A stretch of 64,000 bases of DNA from Laetmonice hystrix (lineage: Eukaryota): NCBI GenBank assembly GCA_965235115.1, contig OZ249447.1:682001-746000 (forward strand), written 5' to 3'. Position numbers and translations under genes: made by a program. The notes under the pieces were generated by a model. It was not told the DNA's origin and did no database searches. It saw only the letters and a list, made by a program, of their open reading frames with translations. This document shows, piece after piece, positions 60,846 through 64,000 of this stretch (the stretch's first letter is position 1; each line of letters begins with the position of its first letter).

Positions 60846-62440
60846 TTTTATCGCCTGGAAGAGGTGTTTGTTTTGCCTGGCTATTTGAACATATTGATTT
60901 CAATGGTGTTAGACGTCCAATAGATATTTTGCAGTTACACGCTATTTAAGCACCCCGGACTTGATATGCTCAATGCTGAAACTGACATATTGATTTGTTG
61001 GTAGACAGTAAGCTACGTTTGTGGGTTGTTGGACTGAGAGAAGATTGGACTGTAGATTTGAACGTGTACAGAAAGAACAAACTCTCCAAGGAAAGGCAGC
61101 GCGGTACATGGCGGATTGTATGGTTGGAAGGAGCATGCTTTCTGCTTACATTCTGTGCAGGGGAATCGATGGGAGGGAAGCTGTAGATTTCCATTAAGCG
61201 TGCCCACAACGTATGCCTGTTCTTTTTGTGGGTCAGCCCTTCCATATAGCAGCTGCTGGTCACTATGACTGTGGTGGTTTTTATGGACCTCTATGGGCCC
61301 CGGCGGGTGGGCGGACGACCGCACGGCGTGAAGAGGACCGACCGCCCGGTCATCTATTATCGCCCGTTACCCGCTCACATTGCCTTTCAAATCCCTAGCT
61401 GTGGCTGAGGCATCGATCCGCCTTTCAATGTACGCCATGTCATAAAACGACAGCGCCGCGCGTACAGAAAGTGTTGAGTGGCGTGTCGGGTTTGTCCGTG
61501 CGGTCCCTTGGTGTTACACAGTCAGACCCCCACCCCACCACCGCCGCACGCCACTCCCACAGAACGCTACAGAAAGGTCACACCCCCTGTTCCCTTGGCT
61601 AAATGAACATATTTATGTATTTATGCTCATTTCATAAGGTGGTGGCATTTTTGTTGGTCAGCAGGTCGCCGTGAGTGGTTGTGGTCAAACACAATGACCA
61701 GGCGGGAGATAGTGTTGCCGGGTGGAGAGCTCGGCCGGTCAGGACCCTCACAAGTACCGGCTTTTGTAGCCAGTAAAATGTGACTGAGGAGAACTATTCA
61801 TAATGCTGTTGATCCGTTACAGAATGGTCGGCCGAGTTCAAGTTGAAAGTGCATTATGCTTTCGCTGCAAGAATAGGAGACCGATTTCGCTTTGATTTAT
61901 TGTAGGAGTGTAGCATGGGATATTTATTCATGCAAAAAATCTTTCCATCACCGCCCGACTGCGTGCATAGACTACAGAAGTGAGGTTGGCGGTGTGTTTG
62001 TGGAAGGTTTATCAAGAAACGAACACACTCTCAACCATTGCTCTCTCACCTGACTGCACACATTCTCTGTGTATATTGTAACCGTTACACTATATAATAC
62101 CGGCGACAATGCCATATGTTTTACTCTTCATAGAACTCAGTATCAACGCGTCCCCATCATTCAGAATCTTGTCTTGGGTTAGGCCACCTTTAACAGCTCG
62201 GCGTTAAGGATGTGGGAGAGCCCATAGGGAATTTATGCGACGGTTTGCTCGGTGTCAATGCCGATTTCAAACCCCTGTCGTGATTTCTACTTGCAAGAAA
62301 ATGTCCATGTTAATGTGCATAGTTTTCTCTAAATCCTTGTGCAAGACATCGTCTATTCCGAAGGTGATTTTGACTGTTTAAGCTTCTTGATAAAGGAAGC
62401 CCTACTGTACGCACATGCGCAGTATATAATAACAATGGTG

Positions 62441-63058
62441 GACAGGCGACCATGGACCCAAACTATCCTCTGGTTGACAAAACGGCCGTAATATACCCAA
62501 ACTATCCTCTGGTTTGCAAAACGGCCGTAATATACCCAAACTATCCTCTGGTTGACAAAACGGCCGTAATATACCCAAACTATCCTCTGGTTTACAAAAC
62601 GGCCGTAATATACCCAAACTATCCTCTGGTTGACAAAACGGCCGTAATATACCCAAACTATCCTCTGGTTTACAAAACGACAGGCGACCATGGACCCAAA
62701 ATATCCTCTGGTTTACAAAACGACAGGCGACCATGGACCCAAACTATCCTCTGGTTTACAAAACGGCCGTAATATACCCAAACTATCCTCTGGTTGACAA
62801 AACGGCCGTAATATACCCAAACTATCCTCTGGTTTACAAAACGGCCGTAATATACCCAAACTATCCTCTGGTTTACAAAACGACAGGCGACCATGGACCC
62901 AAACTATCCTCTGGTTTACAAAACGGCCGTAATATACCCAAACTATCCTCTGGTTTACAAAACGGCCGTAATATACCCAAACTATCCTCTCGTTTACAAA
63001 ACGACAGGCGACCATGGACCCAAACTATCCTCTGGTTTACAAAACGGCCGTAATATAT
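62441..63058. repeat. 39/43-bp two-junction tandem array, ~15 copies
   Basis: Core ACCCAAACTATCCTCTGGTTTACAAAAC followed by GGCCGTAATAT or GACAGGCGACCATGG. Confidence 0.97.
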
Positions 63059-63130
63059 TACAGAAGGAGCGCATCACTTCCTAAACTGAACGCAACACTC
63101 CAACAGGTGTTAATGGAAGTAATGTAGTGC

Positions 63131-63330
63131 TACTGTAAATCACTTTAATTTAACGTGATTAAAATTTGGCGGGTTTTTCATTTTGGGCTGGTTTGGTGTT
63201 CCTTAAATTGGCGTTTAGGCAATGGCATACGCCGTGACTTCAGTTCCAAGTGTTCATTTGGCGTTTCTTAACATCGTGGGTTTTTTTTTGAAAACGCGAA
63301 AATCGTGAAATTAAAACACTCGCGAAATAT
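63131..63330. mobile_element. Possible truncated non-autonomous DNA-transposon relic
   Basis: TACTGTAAAT start; three TTGGCG motifs mirrored by CGCGAAA/CGTGAAA motifs; no matching right terminus. Confidence 0.2.
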
Positions 63331-63548
63331 GCCAGAGATAAGAGATACGAACCAGTGCCGTTTCTTTATTTGAAGGGATTTGAATATTTCTCTGCGACCC
63401 ATTGACCCAATAACGACAGTGTATTGAGGAGAGACATTGGCTAGTCTTAACTGAGTGTGTTCGTCTGCAGTGAGAAGCTTTGGTATGGAATCTAGTGGAA
63501 AGCTTGGGCGAAAAGTAATCAAGATATATTCTATTCACAACTGTATGC

Positions 63549-63688
63549 NNNNNNNNNNNNNNNNNNNNNNNNNNNNNNNNNNNNNNNNNNNNNNNNNNNN
63601 NNNNNNNNNNNNNNNNNNNNNNNNNNNNNNNNNNNNNNNNNNNNNNNNNNNNNNNNNNNNNNNNNNNNNNNNNNNNNNNNNNNNNNNN
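63549..63688. other. N tract (140 nt)
   Basis: Run of N. Confidence 0.99.
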
Positions 63689-64000
63689 GCATGAAAAACA
63701 GTATGAAACATGAGAGCATGCATGCATCTTCCACAACAATTCTAGTTTATTATTTTGTTCACCATACTGACCTACAGTTACCCAAAGCAAACAGCTATGG
63801 TGAAATTCTACAAGATGTATACATATATAGTTGATAAATGTCGGTGCTATTTTATTTGTGGGGGATCACTATAGGTTTGAAAAGAGAAAACCCAATCCCC
63901 ATGAGAGAAAACATCACTTATAGCAATCATCACCACATTACTAGGTCAGCTCTGCTAGGGGCTGTGCCCAAATGTTGATAGACATACGAATAGGCACTTG

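Noticed and set aside
1-64000. Conserved miRNAs, rRNA, snRNA, RT or transposase ORFs
   Set aside because: By-eye scan found no convincing match; an Rfam/MirGeneDB/Dfam search would be needed to exclude them formally.

Overview
Eukaryotic, almost certainly animal, non-coding-dominated DNA. An invertebrate bilaterian is the best guess: GT-AG splice signals, TTAGGG-like and CTCF-like motifs, and no obvious CpG depletion. The species cannot be named from sequence alone. I recognise no protein-coding gene, rRNA, intact tRNA, CRISPR array or autonomous transposase/RT ORF. About half of the window (roughly 32 kb by hand tally) is about 50 mutually unrelated tandem arrays with 12-90 bp units, and nearly all long ORFs in the track are just translations of these arrays. 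The unique DNA between arrays holds scattered candidate exons, several promoter/enhancer-like motif clusters and three small mobile-element candidates: (1) a perfect 78-bp TGT...ACA palindrome with a 4-bp direct flank (Ginger-like MITE), (2) a 252-bp nested fold-back element inserted into a minisatellite, and (3) a tRNA-Lys-like SINE head. The other highlights are a 44-bp array that multiplies a CTCF-like motif together with a nuclear-receptor DR0 element, and several arrays whose variant units replay flanking DNA. All exon and regulatory calls are motif-level hypotheses, and copy numbers were counted by eye.
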